Source: an uncultured delta proteobacterium (GTDB taxonomy: Bacteria > Myxococcota_A > Polyangia > Fen-1088). From it: a stretch of DNA of 64,000 nucleotides. The DNA is taken from NCBI GenBank assembly GCA_963796685.1, contig CAWCMR010000013.1, forward strand, positions 128,001 through 192,000, in the 5' to 3' direction. Under the pieces are notes generated by a model that was not told where the DNA came from, ran no database searches, and saw only the letters and a program-made list of their open reading frames with translations. Shown here piece by piece: positions 60,238 to 64,000 of the stretch (positions within the stretch are counted from its first letter, which is position 1; every line of letters begins with the position of its first letter). The translations under genes and the position numbers were made by a program.

Positions 60238-60603
60238 TCAAAAGATGTATCGGTCGACCAGCCACGACAGGACCGTACCCGTCGCGGCGCCCACCACGTC
60301 CCAGGTGAGATCGCGCAGGGAAGCGTCGCCGCCAGCGTAGCGATCGTACACTTCCTTGGCGCCGCCCGCGGCAAGTGCAAGCCCAGCCCCTGCGCTCGCA
60401 CGAACGCCTTCCCGCTGGCTGAACAATCCCGCCCCCGCGTAACCGTCGCCCGCGATCATGAAACAAGCGGAGAAGTGAAGGGCCTTGTCCTGTCCCCACC
60501 ACGGATCGCGGTCCGTGGCATGGCACGGCGCGGACAAAAGGCAGAAGGAAAGAGCTGCAAGCGCGATTATTCCAAATCTTTCTGGTTCCGAGGCTTCGCG
60601 CAC
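60238..60603 (-). CDS. YfiM-like (DUF2279-type) small membrane/secreted protein
   Basis: DPWWGQDKALHF, GGAKEVYD, ASLRDLTWDVVG motifs. Confidence 0.7.
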   Translation of the reverse strand: MREASEPERFGIIALAALSFCLLSAPCHATDRDPWWGQDKALHFSACFMIAGDGYAGAGLFSQREGVRASAGAGLALAAGGAKEVYDRYAGGDASLRDLTWDVVGAATGTVLSWLVDRYIF

Positions 60604-60757
60604 TACAGGGTCATGATAACCGGCTTTTCGCGCTTTCGCCTATTCCTCGCCGCGAAAACGCCTCTTCGCCGCCCGAGGGTCGATTTTTACGCAAACTTGG
60701 CGCTGCGCGGAATTGACCCATTTTGCCCCCCATGTTATCGAAGGTAGACACTGGGTA

Positions 60758-62101
60758 ATGATGGGCAAGCGCATCCTGGTCGCGGACGACAGTCGTACGA
60801 TTCAACAGGCTTTCGCCATGGTGATGGACGGCTCGGGCTACGAGCTCTCCTTTGCCAAGTCGGTGGACGAGGCTCTGGCCATGGCCAGGCGGGACGGCAA
60901 GCCCGACCTCGTCGTGTCCGACGTCGCCCTTGGCAGTGGCAGCGGCTACGATCTTTGTGCGGGCCTCAAGGCCGACGCCGCCCTGCGGGAGGTGCCGGTC
61001 TATCTTCTGGCGTCCAGTCACAATCCTTACGACGACGCCCGCGGGCGCAAGGTGGGCGCCGACGGTCATCTTGCCAAGCCCTTCGAAAGCCAGGCCCTGC
61101 TCGATGCCGTGGCCTCGGTCTTGACGGCTCCTACCAGGTCGGTTGCGGGGGTGATGCCGGAGTTTTCGGCTGACTACGACGACAACACCGCGCGCATTTC
61201 CGCCAAGGATCTTCCGGTCGAGGACGACGACAGCTACGGCGAGATCACGATCGAGCGCGGCGCCCCTCCCGCACCTGCTGCCCCAGCTCAGCCTTTGCGG
61301 GTCGGGAAGCCGCCGAGCCGGCCGTCTGGCGCGCGCCCGATCCCTGCGCCCGGGGCCGCCGCGCCTGCTCCATTCGTCCCGCCATCGCCACGGCCGTCCC
61401 TGATTCCGGGCGCACGCCCGTCGGCTGCCATGCCGGTGGCCCGAACGGGCATGACCCCGCAGCCGACTCCTTCCATCCCCGCGCCCGGCGGGGGACGCAC
61501 TCCGCTCAATCGAACCATGATGGGGTTCCCCTCGGTCAAGCCGCCGGTCGTGAACAAGCCGGCCGCCTCCGTGACACCTGTTGCCCCGGCCGCGCCGATT
61601 CCGGCGCGGGCCACGCCGCCGGCTCCAGCGTCGGTCGCGTCGCGACCGCTGGTGATTGCGACGCCTCCCGCCCCCGCGGCGCCTTTGGCCAGGGCGGTTC
61701 TCCCGCTACCTTCGAGCGCAAGCCCCGCCGTGGCTTCGTCGCTACGTCCACCGGTCCCGCGCCTTTCGCCGCCGCCGCCCACGGTTCCCATGCCGGTAAC
61801 GCCACCGGACGATGCCCCGGTTACGCGCAAGGTGTCCACGCCCTTGCCGCCCGACGCGAGCGCTCCGAGCTCCGTGCTTCCATCGCAAGGCGGCCCGGAA
61901 TCTTCGCCAGGGTTTGCCGCAGCGGTGTCCGCGGCCGTGGATCACAAGGTCGCGCTGCTGGCCGCGCGCGGTCCCGAATACGAAGCCATCGCCAAGCTGT
62001 CTCGCGAGATCATCGAGCAGGTCGTGTGGGAAGTCGTACCCGAGCTCGCCGAGACGATCATTCGGCAAGAAATCGATCGTCTGGCGAGCGCGAAGAAGTA
62101 G
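60758..62101 (+). CDS. romR: RomR-like polarity response regulator (REC, Pro-rich linker, Glu-rich C-terminal helix)
   Basis: ILVADDS...VSDV...KPF REC domain, long Pro/Ala linker, SREIIEQVVWEVVPELAETIIRQEI tail; immediately upstream of valS as in myxobacteria. Confidence 0.82.
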   Translation: MMGKRILVADDSRTIQQAFAMVMDGSGYELSFAKSVDEALAMARRDGKPDLVVSDVALGSGSGYDLCAGLKADAALREVPVYLLASSHNPYDDARGRKVGADGHLAKPFESQALLDAVASVLTAPTRSVAGVMPEFSADYDDNTARISAKDLPVEDDDSYGEITIERGAPPAPAAPAQPLRVGKPPSRPSGARPIPAPGAAAPAPFVPPSPRPSLIPGARPSAAMPVARTGMTPQPTPSIPAPGGGRTPLNRTMMGFPSVKPPVVNKPAASVTPVAPAAPIPARATPPAPASVASRPLVIATPPAPAAPLARAVLPLPSSASPAVASSLRPPVPRLSPPPPTVPMPVTPPDDAPVTRKVSTPLPPDASAPSSVLPSQGGPESSPGFAAAVSAAVDHKVALLAARGPEYEAIAKLSREIIEQVVWEVVPELAETIIRQEIDRLASAKK

Positions 62102-62146
62102 CTTTCCGACTTCGATTTTTCCACTTTCCTCCGACAGGTTTTCGTC

Positions 62147-64000
<1,854 letters not shown>

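Overview
A high-GC chromosomal window, most likely from a Myxococcota (myxobacterium-like) organism. The basis is a MYXO-CTERM-type sorting tail, a romR-valS pair, a giant AgmK-like TPR protein and many Cys-rich lipoproteins. Most of it is housekeeping or envelope: a hybrid kinase, cstA, an rRNA methyltransferase, tRNA-His, an OmpA-type lipoprotein, hisS, a cinA-like gene, glnD, zwf/pgl, opgH/opgD, a beta-CASP nuclease, a LOG protein and valS. It also carries an XPB-like helicase paired with a DUF790/Bax1 nuclease, a DacZ-type diadenylate cyclase, a four-gene Qrc/ACIII-like redox complex and a 166-bp MITE. The most striking feature is an orphan ~1,650-aa PilY1-like adhesin. Its vWA domain carries an insertion of nine 3-Cys modules followed by exactly nine single 'return' cysteines, implying a nested Russian-doll disulfide stalk. 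Inside that sits a Cys-clamped, mirror-symmetric Thr-rich (TQTxTx)8 / knob / (TQTxTx)8 hairpin. At least seven apparent frameshifts in otherwise intact genes look like read or assembly indels. No CRISPR array, rRNA, prophage or transposase gene was seen. All family calls come from motif recognition by eye, not database searches.
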